Assembly: GCA_002269645.1 (NCBI GenBank)
Contig: NIVC01001255.1
Location: forward strand, 124,001 to 188,000
Source of the DNA: Macrostomum lignano
Taxonomy: Eukaryota
Length of the DNA: 64,000 nucleotides
Reading direction: 5' to 3'
The notes beneath the pieces are model-generated. The model was not told the origin of the DNA, did no database searches, and saw only the letters and a list, made by a program, of their open reading frames with translations. The position numbers and the translations under genes are program-made. Shown in pieces: positions 36,915-47,990 of this stretch. The first letter of the stretch is position 1. Each line of letters opens with the position of its first letter.

Positions 36915-37039
36915 TTTGTTGCTATGAAGCCAAACTGTCCGGGTACTGCAATTTCAATTTCAGCCGGGTGCCCGATGATGTTCTGGACTAAGGACTGAGT
37001 CAGACGCACAAGAGGATACCCACCGGTCAGGACTAAGGC

Positions 37040-37790
37040 ACGCTATTCATGAGGACACACACCTCTCAGGACTGAATCAAGATACTCATGAGGACACACA
37101 CCTCTCAGGACTGAATCAAGATACTCATGAGGACACACACCTCTCAGGACTGAATCAAGATACTCGTGAGGACACACACCTCTCAGGACTGAATCAAGAT
37201 ACTTGTGAGAATACACACCTCTGAGGACTGAATCAAGATACTCGTGAGGACACACACCCCTGAGGACTGAATCAAGATACTCGTGAGAACACACTTCTCT
37301 CAGGACTGAATCAAGATACTCGTGAGGACACACACCCCTGAGGACTGAATCAAGATACTCGTGAGAACACACATCTCTCAGGACTGAATCAAGATACTCG
37401 TGAGAACACACCCCTGAGGACTGAATCAAGATACTCGTGAGGACACACACCTCTCAGGACTGAATCAAGATACTCGTGAGGACACACACCTCTCAGGACT
37501 GAATCAAGATACTCGTGAGGACACACACCCCTGAGGACTGAATCAAGATACTCGTGAGAACACACCCCTGAGGACTGAATCAAGATACTCGTGAGAACAC
37601 ACATCTCTCAGGACTGAATCAAGATACTCGTGAGGACACACACCTCTCAGGACTGAATCAAGATACTCGTGAGAACACACCCCTGAGGACTGAATCAAGA
37701 TACTCGTGAGAACACACACCCCTGAGGACTGAATCAAGATACTCGTGAGAACACGCACCCCTGAGGACTAAATCAAGCTACTCATGAGGA
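37040..37790. repeat. 39-bp (some 37-bp) minisatellite
   Basis: AGGACTGAATCAAGATACTCGTGAGGACACACACCTCTC variants, upstream of arrestin. Confidence 0.95.
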
Positions 37791-38689
37791 CATTCGAGCC
37801 TCAGGCGATCCTGCTGCCAACGCACTATCTGATAAATAATTTGTTGCTGCTTTAAAACAGTACTTTCGACTCAATCCTATTTTCTATCGCACAATATTGA
37901 TTGGCAAAGCTGTTGCTTGGTCACTATCGACTAATCTCTCAGGGTGTGGCTGCTGGGGGCACCGGCTCGTCCTCTCGTGCTGCGCCTCATATGTCTGCAT
38001 GCCTACCTGCCTAAGGCAGGTTCTGATTTCCCGAAAATATTGAAAAGCTTGTGTTGCACCGAAGCCTCTCATTCTCTCTGTCAAGCCATATACCGTGCTC
38101 ATTTCTTCGCATGTAGATCTTTTGGACCCATGCCCTGCTAAGCGTGCAGCCTGCGCTCAAAGCAGGAAAAAATCTGGGGGGGGGGTGGGGTGACAAAGGT
38201 GTGGTCGCTTTGTCCCCCATCTGTTCGATCCTTTTCTTGTCGTCATCTTTTTCTACTGCAGATTCTCGCGGGTCTCCTTTGGGCTTGGGCTCTGGGCGCA
38301 AGCAGCTTGAGTCTATATTTAGTGTTGCCGCCTGGGTCCGATGGAGCAGGCACACAGGCGAAGCCCACACTGACTAACTCGCCCTTCATGCCCGTTAGGG
38401 TTAGAGCGGAATGGGAGGAAGCTGGGATGCAGCATCTTCTTGGCATGCTCGCTGCTTGGAGAGGGGGGCGGGTCGGGGCAAAGATAGCTAATGCGATTAA
38501 TCAAATCCAATTCCTGCATCAGATGGGACAAGCCGGAGGACTTCAACCTCCTCACCTACGGAGCACCCTCTGAACCCCCTTGTGGGAAAGGAAAGTGCGC
38601 GTTTACACAGCAAGACTTGAGACAGTTGCAGCACTGTCTGTAACCTACTCTGGGAGGTGACACTGCTCACACAATGCAGTTGCAGCACT

Positions 38690-39045
38690 GTCTGTAATCT
38701 GTCTGCAACCTACTCTGGGAGTCTGCAACCTGCTCTGGGAGTCTGTAGCCTACTCTGGGAGTCTGTAGCCTACTCTGGGAGTCTGTAGCCTACTCTGGGA
38801 GTCTGTAGCCTACTCTGGGAGTCTGTAACCTACTCTGGGAGTCTATAACCTACTCTGGGAGTCTGTAACCTACTCTGGGAGTCTGTAACCTACTCTGGGA
38901 GTCTGTAACCTACTCTGGGAGTCTGTAACCTACTCTGGGAGTCTGTAACCTACTCTGGGAGTCTGTAACCTACTCTGGGAGTCTGTAACCTACTCTGGGA
39001 GTCTGTAACCTACTCTGGGAGTCTGTAACCTACTCTGGGAGGTGA
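38690..39045. repeat. 20-bp minisatellite
   Basis: Unit GTCTGTAACCTACTCTGGGA. Confidence 0.95.
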
Positions 39046-40896
39046 CACTGCTCACACGCTAAAGCAAAATAAACCACACATTAATTGAGTTTTTGATACA
39101 TATAGAGCAAAATATTCGTGAGGTTTTAAACTCTCTCCCCATAAATTATTCCGTCTGTACGGTACTTCTCCCCCAGGGCCTCACTGAGTAACTTACGCAA
39201 GATTTTCGGCTTACCCAGCCAAGAAAGGTATTAGCGGCGCTGCCTGACTCAGTTCAAGGGGCAAAGCCGGGCTCAGAAGATCAGAGGCTGGAGTGCGGGC
39301 GGGACTGAAAAAGCTGGCCGGAAGCTTGTTGGAAGGAAATAAGTGATGATGAAGAGCGGTCGACTATATGCAAAATCTTTCTTCTGAATTTCCAAGCGGG
39401 GGGCCGGATGATCGCTGCTTCCTTCTCTGTGTTTTTGGACTACAGTATTTGAAATCGCTGCTCGTGGTTGGGACGACTTTGAAGCGAGAGAAAGGGAGGT
39501 AGGGAGGGAGGAGAGCACTTCGGGAATGGGGGGAGAATGGAGGATGGCCCGAGCTAGTGGTTGGCCCCTGAAATGATGGGATGGATGGGCTGGGCAGGAG
39601 AGAAGAGAGAGAGAGCCAGAGAGCCAGTTGTTCAGCTCTCGAGTAATGGAGAAGTTCGCCAAATGTATGCTTACAGACAGCTATGGGAGAAAGGTGAGGT
39701 TTTAGAGAGATAGAAAGAGCGGGTGGATGGACAGAGACAGATCTAGAGAGAAACCCATGGCAAACAAGCGAGTTGAGCAGCGAACTCAAACTACTCTTTT
39801 CGCCATTCGTACCTGTTCCCGTTCCGTGTTACCAGTGCAACTCGCAATCCTCTTTAGGGACCTGCACAGAGCGGGGTTGCAGCTTCTTTGCTTGAAAATC
39901 GGGGATCGAAGAGGCGGGAAGAAGAGGGAAGCGTCTTACCAAAATGGGAACATCTGGCAGTATTTTTTGGCATCATGCCTTTTATAGCCAGTGGTTATTC
40001 GTTAGAAATTCGATTTTGGGAAAGGCAGTATTAGGTACAGCATGCCTGTCGATTCTGCGTGACTAGCTTTGTCCATCAGCTACTGACATGTCTTACTTCA
40101 TCAGTGGACGAATATGGCCACAGCAATTCTTAAACACTTTTTGACCTCAAAGTACGTCTACAAGGAAGCTGTTTGAGTTCTATTTTACTTTGGCCTCTCT
40201 CCTAGTTTGGTTGCTAATTTATGTGTGCCTCCCAGGGTCTGTTCGATTTCTCAACGTCCTTTCCTTGCTGCGCCCTTTCCCTCCAATTAAACCAGTGGAA
40301 TTCCAATTAAACAAGGGCCAATAAGGACAGGCACAGGACGAGAGCGCATCACAAGATTTCGGTTCTTTGTCGCACTAAAAAATACGAGCGAGAGGATTTC
40401 ACGTATTCTATACTCACTGTACTGTTTGGTACTACTTAGAGTATTAACAAAGCACTCGCGAAATAAATTTACGTGGAATTATTTTATTGATAAGCTTTAT
40501 TTCTCGTAGATTAAAATTTCGCATTGCACTTTTAAAAATTTTACCCCGCCAACAAGTCTGTCAAGTTAGCAGAACGAAAGATAGACAGAGATGCTTATTC
40601 AAATAGGCTCGCCTCTGCGAGCTGCGACACTCTGAGCCATAGACAGTTTGCTGAAGCCAAAGTGCAGACTTGATCGGTGCGCGAAGCATAGCACTGAGCA
40701 GCTCTGGCTCAAGTCTCAGCCATAGACGCACAGATTTTCAGCTACGTACAGGACTCCGAGATAGGCGCTTGAAGACTAGTGAGCCCGAGCAGCGACCAGC
40801 TTATAAGTCAATCGGACCGAAAGCTCTGTCCCTTCGCACCCATCGGATTGATCGCCTTTCGCTCGAAGCCGGGTCCCCATTAGCAAAGCCAGCAAG

Positions 40897-42324
40897 ATGC
40901 GCGAGATCGTTCACATGCAAGCCGGCCAGTGCGGCAATCAAATCGGAGCCAAGGTGAGTCGTCCTGATAATCTTTCTGACTATCGACTACTGGCGCTTTA
41001 AACTTAGTATTTTCTTATCGTAATTAATACGCATTTTTGCATTGCAGTTCTGGGAGGTGATCTCAGATGAGCACGGTATCGACCCCACTGGCACCTACCA
41101 TGGAGACTCGGACCTGCAGCTGGAGCGAATCTCTGTCTACTACAACGAGGCAACTGGCGGAAAATACGTGCCGAGGGCTGTCCTCATCGACCTTGAGCCC
41201 GGCACCATGGAGAGTGTCCGGTCCACTGCTTTCGGCATGCTGTTCCAGCCCGACAACCTCGTGTTCGGCAAGAGCGGCGCCGGCAACAACTGGGCCAAGG
41301 GCTACTACACGGAGGGCGCCGAGATCATTGAGAAGATCATGGACGTTGTTCGCAAGGAGTGCGAAGGTTGCGAATGCCTGCAGGGCTTCCAGATAACCCA
41401 CTCGCTCGGGGCGGCACCGGTTCCGGCCTGGGATCCCTCTTGCTCAGCAAAATTCGCGAGGAGTACCCCGACCGCATCATGAGTTCCTACTCTATCGTAC
41501 CGTCACCCAAAGTGTCCGACACTGTTGTGGAGCCCTACAACTGCATGCTGTCTTTGCATCAGCTAGTCGAGAACACTGACGCTAGCTTCTGCATCGACAA
41601 CGAGGCCCTGTACTACATCTGCTTTCACACCCTGAAGCTCGGCCAGCCGACTTACAGCGATCTGAACCATCTAGTCAGCGCTGCCATGTCCGGCACAACC
41701 ACCTGCCTGCGATTCCCTGGTCAACTCAACGCTGATCTGCGCAAGCTGGCTGTCAACATGGTGCCGTTCCCGCGGCTGCACTTCTTCATGCCCGGCTTCG
41801 CCCCGCTGACCGCTCGCGGCAGCTCCAGCTACAAGCAGGTGAACGTCGCCGAGCTCACCCAGCAGATGTTCGACGCCAAGAACATGATGGCCGCCTGCGA
41901 CCCCAAGCACGGCCGCTACCTCACCGTCGCTGCCATCTTCCGCGGCCGCATGTCAACCAAGGAGGTCGACGAGCAGATGCTCAACCTTCAGAACAAGAAC
42001 AGCTCCTACTTTGTCGAGTGGATTCCGAACAACGTTAAGACCGCCGTGTGCGACATCCCGCCTAGGGGTATGAAAATGTCGGTGACCTTCATCGGCAACT
42101 CCACCTCAATCCAGGAGCTGTTCAAGCGAGTCTCGGAGCAGTTCAGCGCCATGTTCAAGCGGAAGGCCTTCTTGCATTGGTACACCAACGAAGGCATGGA
42201 CGACCACGAGTTCATGGAGTCCGAGTCCAATGTCAACGATCTGGTCTCCGAGCTGCAACAGTACCAAGACGCCACCGCCGACGATGAGGGCGAGTACGAG
42301 GAAGAGGAAGAGGAGCTCGAGTAA
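40897..42324 (+). CDS. TUBB: Beta-tubulin (divergent isotype), 2 exons, one apparent 1-nt deletion, 444 aa restored
   Basis: Exon 1 40897-40953 ([19 protein letters not shown], conserved intron after codon 19); exon 2 41048-42324. The GGGTGSG loop is restored by adding one G at 41408-41411. Acidic tail [12 protein letters not shown]. Confidence 0.97.
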
Positions 42325-43139
42325 GATCAGTGACCAGCCCAGCAACTCTGACTTTTTCAACTCAAATTCTTTGTTGAGACGTTTTTATTTTGTAAAAGCT
42401 GAACACGTGTGCCGCCCGATAACGTCTCAGTATGCAATTATTTTATGACAACAATTCTTATTGTAAAACTTTCATTCGCCAAGATTTTCCAACAACGCCT
42501 CAAGTCTTATGCGAAGTTTTTGAACTGGTCATTATTTTCATAATAAATTTTTTTAATTTCACTGCGAGAGATTTTGCTTTTCTGCCAAAGGCTTGCCTTT
42601 TTCTTACATATTAGTTCAACAGATTTCTCGCTGAGCAAGTCGTTTAAGGCAAACAGAATTTGCGAAATTACTTTATGAATATATGAATACTCAAGTGCTG
42701 CAGTTGCAGAAGCGCGTGTTCCTTATTTTGCTAATCAAATTTGTCAGAAGCCTTTAATGCGGATATCCTCTTTGAAAATTCTAGTATGCCAAGTCAAAGT
42801 AAGGCCTCGGAGCCGCTCTGCTGTCAACTTTGGCAGAGGCGAAATCGATGATAAAAAATAGAGAATCTTGCTAGATTAGGCTGGGGCATGATGGCGGCAT
42901 GGGGAGTGCGAGTACGTGTTGTTGCTAACTGCTTGCCCGTCTGTCTGCACTCGCCTCGCAATTAGGCAAACCGCGGTAGATTAGCAATGTAACAAGGGAA
43001 GTAGGAAATAGGAAGAAAATGAAAATGCTCCATAGCAACCGCGGCTCATTAGGGAGCGCAAACCAACAACTCTGTACTGCTGGTACATTCGAACAGGAAT
43101 TCGGTGGCTAAGTAAACTCAAATAGACTGTCTTCTACTT

Positions 43140-43400
43140 ACTTCCTTGCTCCCTTCCCCTCTCCCTTCTCCTCTCCCTTCTTCTCTCCCTTCTTTTCTCC
43201 CTTCCCCTCTCCCTTCCCCTCTCCCTTCTTCTCTACTTCTCCTCTCCCTTCTTCTCTCCCTTCTTTTCTCCCTTCCCCTCTCCCTTCCCCTCTCTCTTCC
43301 CCTCTCCCTTCCTCTCTCCCTTCCCCTCTCCCTTCTTCTCTCCCTTCTTCTCTCCCTTCCTCTCTCCCTTCCCCCTCCCTTCTCTCCCTTCCCCTCTCAA
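43140..43400. repeat. CT-rich low-complexity repeat
   Basis: CTTCCCCTCTCC variants between the convergent tubulin and ATPase-beta genes. Confidence 0.9.
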
Positions 43401-43654
43401 TTCTACTCTCCATATAAAATTTATTACCAGAACTGAAATAATTTAGCGAAGACACATCTGCGAATAGTGTAATTTGATTTTTACTTTCAGTCGTTTAATG
43501 GTTTGGATGTCTGAAGTTTTATAACAATCCTGACAGTATATATTTAGTTTGATGATGACGCTACGATCGTACTATCAGTAGCTGTAAAATTACGAGTTGT
43601 CATGATTTCTACACATGGACTACTACAAGGACAGTTACATGAGTAATATTTGAA

Positions 43655-45337
43655 CTACTCAAACAGAAATTGCAGACTGGACTGCGTGCTGTCGTTCGCC
43701 AGTGCTGAGTTGGCCAGCGAGCAGTTCAGCACGAAGCTGCGACCTCGAGGTGGTCGGACCACCTGCACCATCACCATGGGCGGCAGGTAGAATGACTCGT
43801 CGCTTGGGTATGGAAAGTAAAACCTGCGGATTGGAAAATGGCAATGTGAGCTGAGTTCAATGTGGAGATGGGAGATGGGAGATAGGAGATGGGAGATGGG
43901 AGATGCGAGATGGGAGATAGGAGATGGGAGATGGGAGATGGGAGATGGGAGATGGAGATGGGAGATGGGAGATGGGAGATGGGAGATGGAGATGGGAGAT
44001 GGGAGATGGGAGATGAGAGAAAGAGATGGGAGATGAGAGAAAGAGATGGGAGATGGAGACGCGAGATAGAGATGGGAGATGGGAGATGAGAAATGGGAGG
44101 TGGGAGATGGAGATGGGAGATAGGAGATGGGAGATGGGAGATTAGAAAGTGAGAAAGGAGATGGAGACGGGAGATAGAGATGGGAGATGGGAGATGAGAG
44201 ATGGAGATGGGAGATGGAGACGCGAGATAGAGATGGGAGATGAGAGATGGGAAATGGGAGATGAGAGATGGGAGATGAGAGATGGGAGCTGAGAGATGGG
44301 AGCTGATGAAAGATGAGAGATGGGAGATGGGAGATAGGAGATCGGAGATGGAATATGGGAGATGTGAGATGTGAGATTTAAGATGTGAGATTAGAGATGG
44401 GAGATGTGAGATGTGAGATTTAAGATGTGAGACTAGAGATGGGAGATGGGAGAAGGGAGATAGAGATGTGACATCGGAGTTGTGACATCGGAGATGTGAG
44501 ATGTGAGACTGGAATGAGAGATAGGAGTTGACGTATGGAAGGTGGCAACAGCCAACCCGCCTGAACTCGATAAAGATCTCACAAGACTACCTGGGAAAGT
44601 AGCCGTACATCTGTCCGTGATGCGCCACTCTGGGGTGGTACTTCAGCTCCAGTTCCTCGCCACCAGCGCCACCCCTGGTGTCAATCAGCCCAGCCCGGCA
44701 GCTCAGCAGCAGGTCTTCGGTGTAGTTGCCAGCCAGAGCGGCGCCCGGCTTCACCAGTACGCAGGGGTCGCCAACGAGATAGCCGAAGGCGGTGTACAGA
44801 TTGCAGGCGCCCAGCGGGCCCGTCAGCTGCGGCACGCAGACCTCGCGTTCGGGCATCGGATAGACGCCCAGGCCGTCGCAGTCCTTGGGCCGTCGGCCGG
44901 ACCTGATTAGCCGGGGGTACCAGCGTCGGATCTCGTAGTTGCTGAGCTCGCCGCCGATGCGAGCCAGGACGCCAGCGAGGTCGTCGTCGTTGCTCCTATC
45001 GAGTCGGACCAGGCCTCTGCCGCCTCCGCCGCTGCCGACCCTGCCGTTTAGACGCGGCTCCATCCGCAGGTACTCTCGCGAATCGTCCTTGCTGAGCAGC
45101 AGGCTGATGATGACGCTGAATATGGCGACGAACGCTAGCAGGATGCAGCCGCCGAGTAGCAGCTGCAGCCGGAGCTGCTTGTTGATGCGCTGCTTCTGCT
45201 CCTGGGTTTCTTCGTCCTGGGCCAGACGGAACGGATCGGCGAGCAGCTCGGCGGCGGCCGCCTCCGTCTGGTGCTGCCGGTAGCGGGCGCTTTGACGGCG
45301 TCCGAAGAACAGGGCGTGGAACTCACGTCGACAGCAG

Positions 45338-45368
<31 letters not shown>

Positions 45369-45423
45369 CCTGCTGGTCGTCTGGCTCAGACGGAGGTTCA
45401 GCAGCCGGTGGTGGCGACGACAT
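43655..45423 (-). CDS. Na+/K+-ATPase beta-subunit-like type II membrane protein, 2 exons, 333 aa
   Basis: Exons 45423-44591 and 43823-43655 (phase 2, CCCAG|gtagt ... ccgcag|G), total 1002 nt. One TM segment (LLLGGCILLAFVAIFSVIISLLL), six ectodomain Cys, LGAC..FGYLVGDPCVLVK, FYFPY..YLPPMVMVQ..LNC. Confidence 0.82.
43860..44540. repeat. GGAGAT/GGGAGAT simple repeat
   Basis: Fills nearly the whole intron of the ATPase-beta gene. Confidence 0.93.
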
Positions 45424-46169
45424 TTCTGCCGGTAGAGCGGCACCCTGGTCAGGCGTTTAAGGGTGGCAGGAATATAGTTTAGGTAGGTAGTTAGGCATAG
45501 TTGACTGATTATTTATTCATGGTGACAGATAGGCTTGGCTGCTTGAGCTGGCAGTTGAGGTGGGCAGATGGAGAATACTGGGATGCTGGGATGTTACTTC
45601 CCTCTCTTGTCCCTCTGCCTCTCTCTCTCTCTCTCTCCCTTCCTCATCTCTGTCTCTTTCGCAAGCAGGACAAATGGAGTCGCAGCTAGGGAAGGGGGAG
45701 GGGCCGGTATAGCAATGGGCTGAGCACTGGCCACGGCGTTTTAGATGGCAGAATATTCTGGAAACTGGCTGGCGGGTCAAGTTTTTGCGTTGCTAATATT
45801 TCTGCGACATACGGAACGGGTCCGACGGGTTTCCAATCCAGATGCTGACTATGTCTAGTAGTCCATGGCCTAGTCTATAGAAGAGACAAAAGGGAGGGAA
45901 AGCGCCAAGTTCAGATCGGACGTGACTTTTTGAAAAGATTGTCCTCAGCAGGATTCTGAGTTAATCATGTCTGCCTGCCAGCCGCTAACTCTCACTGTTC
46001 ATTGTTTCGAGGGCTCTTGTGAGCGGCGTCTTGCCTCCTGAGCGGGAAATTACTCATATTTGTGTGATGGGATTTCGGTTGACAGCAACGATGGCCGCCC
46101 TTCTTAATCATCCCACTAAATTAAGTATCATTGTTTCAGGATGATGCCTCCCTGTGAATCCAGAAAAAT

Positions 46170-46830
46170 GTCTCACCACTGACTCTCATAGTGTTTCACC
46201 ATCGCCTCTCGGTGTCTCACCACTGACTCTCATAGTGTTTCACCATCGCCTTTCAGTGTCTCACCACTGACTCTCATAGTGTCTAACTTCTGACTCTAAG
46301 AATCTCATAGTGTCTCACCACTGACTCTCATAGTGTCTCACTACCGACTCTCATAGTGTCTCACCACTGACTCTCATAGTGTCTCACCACTGACTCTCCT
46401 AGTGTCTCACCACTGACTCTCATAGTGTCTCACTACCGACTCTCATAGTGTCTCACCACTGGCTCTCATAGTGTCTCACTACCGACTCTCATAGTGTCTC
46501 ACCACTGACTCTCATAGTGTCTCACTACCGACTCTCACAGTGTCTCACCACTGACTCTCATAGTGTCTCACCATCGCCTCTCAGTGTCTCACCACTGACT
46601 CTCATAGTGTCTCACTACTGATTCTCATAGTGTCTCATCACTGACTCTCATAGTGTCTCACTACTGACTCTCAGAGTGTCTCACCACTGACTCTCATAGT
46701 GTCTCACCACCGACTCTCATAGTTTCTCACCACTGACTCTCAGACTCCCATGGTGTCTCAACGCAGCCTCTCACAGTGTCTCACCAGCAACTCTCATAGT
46801 CTCACCATCAAATCTCATAGTGTCTCACAA
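46170..46830. repeat. ~23-bp minisatellite
   Basis: Unit GTGTCTCACCACTGACTCTCATA. Confidence 0.93.
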
Positions 46831-47990
46831 GCCAACAGTTACTTCATTCAAAGTTTCCTTTCAACCTGTCTAAACTGTTCTGTTTCTATTAAGTCATTAA
46901 TGCAACTTTTCTAATTTGCGCAGAAAAGCAATTACTAAAAAAAACTGATTTCAGCGCCGATGTTGTTAAAATCGAGATTTAAAATGAATTTCAAATGTAA
47001 CTTAATAGAAGCACATTACCCCCGATTCGACACAGTTTCTGAAACTGGAATTTTAGAGCATAATAAAATCCAATTCGCAAAATGCATTTAATTAAACAAA
47101 CAAGTGTCAATCTCAGCATCTAAATGGCTGTTTGCATGAAAGAAAGTACACTCAGCGGTCGATTAGGGCTACCATTTCAAACATAGAATAAGTTCAACGC
47201 TTTGCTCGGTACTCAAATCGCAGTCTATGGCCGCCAAGGACGCTTTGCAGTTGCCGCCTCTCCCGTCCGCCCCTTCGATCCGAAGCGATTTTAAAGACGT
47301 CAGAACAGAGAGCGGCAAAGTTAGGTTGAAAGATTTTCTTGGTGTAGATAGAAGCTGAAATTGTCTTTCATATACTTTTGAGAGGAGGAATCTACTGGTC
47401 GGCGAACTCTCTCTTTCTCTCAATTCTTGGACTCGAAGGGATCAGGTGAGTGCAACTTGACATAGGTATGGGAGTAGCTTCAGTTGACGACTGACCAGGT
47501 GGATAACTCGACTGCACAGGACTGCGCATTGCTACAGTCCTTCTCATGGCTCTCGGGCACACCATTGGCATTAGTATAGCAGCCGATATTGTTGCGACAG
47601 TTTCTCGAGTAGAGATCTCTCGTTCTTCGAAGCTCTCCCCCCCCGAGTGTGGGTCTCTCTCCAATGTTTACCCGATTGGTTTCCCAGTCTTCTCCGCCCC
47701 CCTCTCTCTACACTACTTCATTCGTTTGCGTAAAGCAATATCTTATCTTGAGCTAGTAGGCCCCGAGATTGTGCCACGAAAGCCAGCGAGGAAGGGAGAG
47801 AGGGAGAGACCCGGTTTTCGTGGACCCTTCCCTGTACAATGGCTCGCCTGCACCAGCGCTTGTTCCAGGGTCCGAGGCCCGTTTTGCAGCCAACCTCCCT
47901 CCGCTTCGAATCCAAAATAGGTTACCAGCCAGCCACAAGCGTCGTATTACTAGCCATTAGCGAAGGCCCGGCCAGAACCGTACAAAAAGC

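Noticed and set aside
37040-37790. CRISPR-like 37-39-bp repeats
   Set aside because: The variable part is only a few bases of a CA-rich tract, not spacers.
36071-41411. Programmed ribosomal frameshifting in arrestin and tubulin
   Set aside because: Both are single-G losses in homopolymers within highly conserved motifs with no slippery heptamer; sequencing error is far more likely.
47160-47990. Short ORFs upstream of the RRM gene, possibly a decayed retroelement (similar patches at 6740-8260, 12700-13000, 16890-17960, 38000-40000)
   Set aside because: I could not identify any RT, endonuclease or transposase motif by eye; left unannotated pending a Dfam/tBLASTx search.
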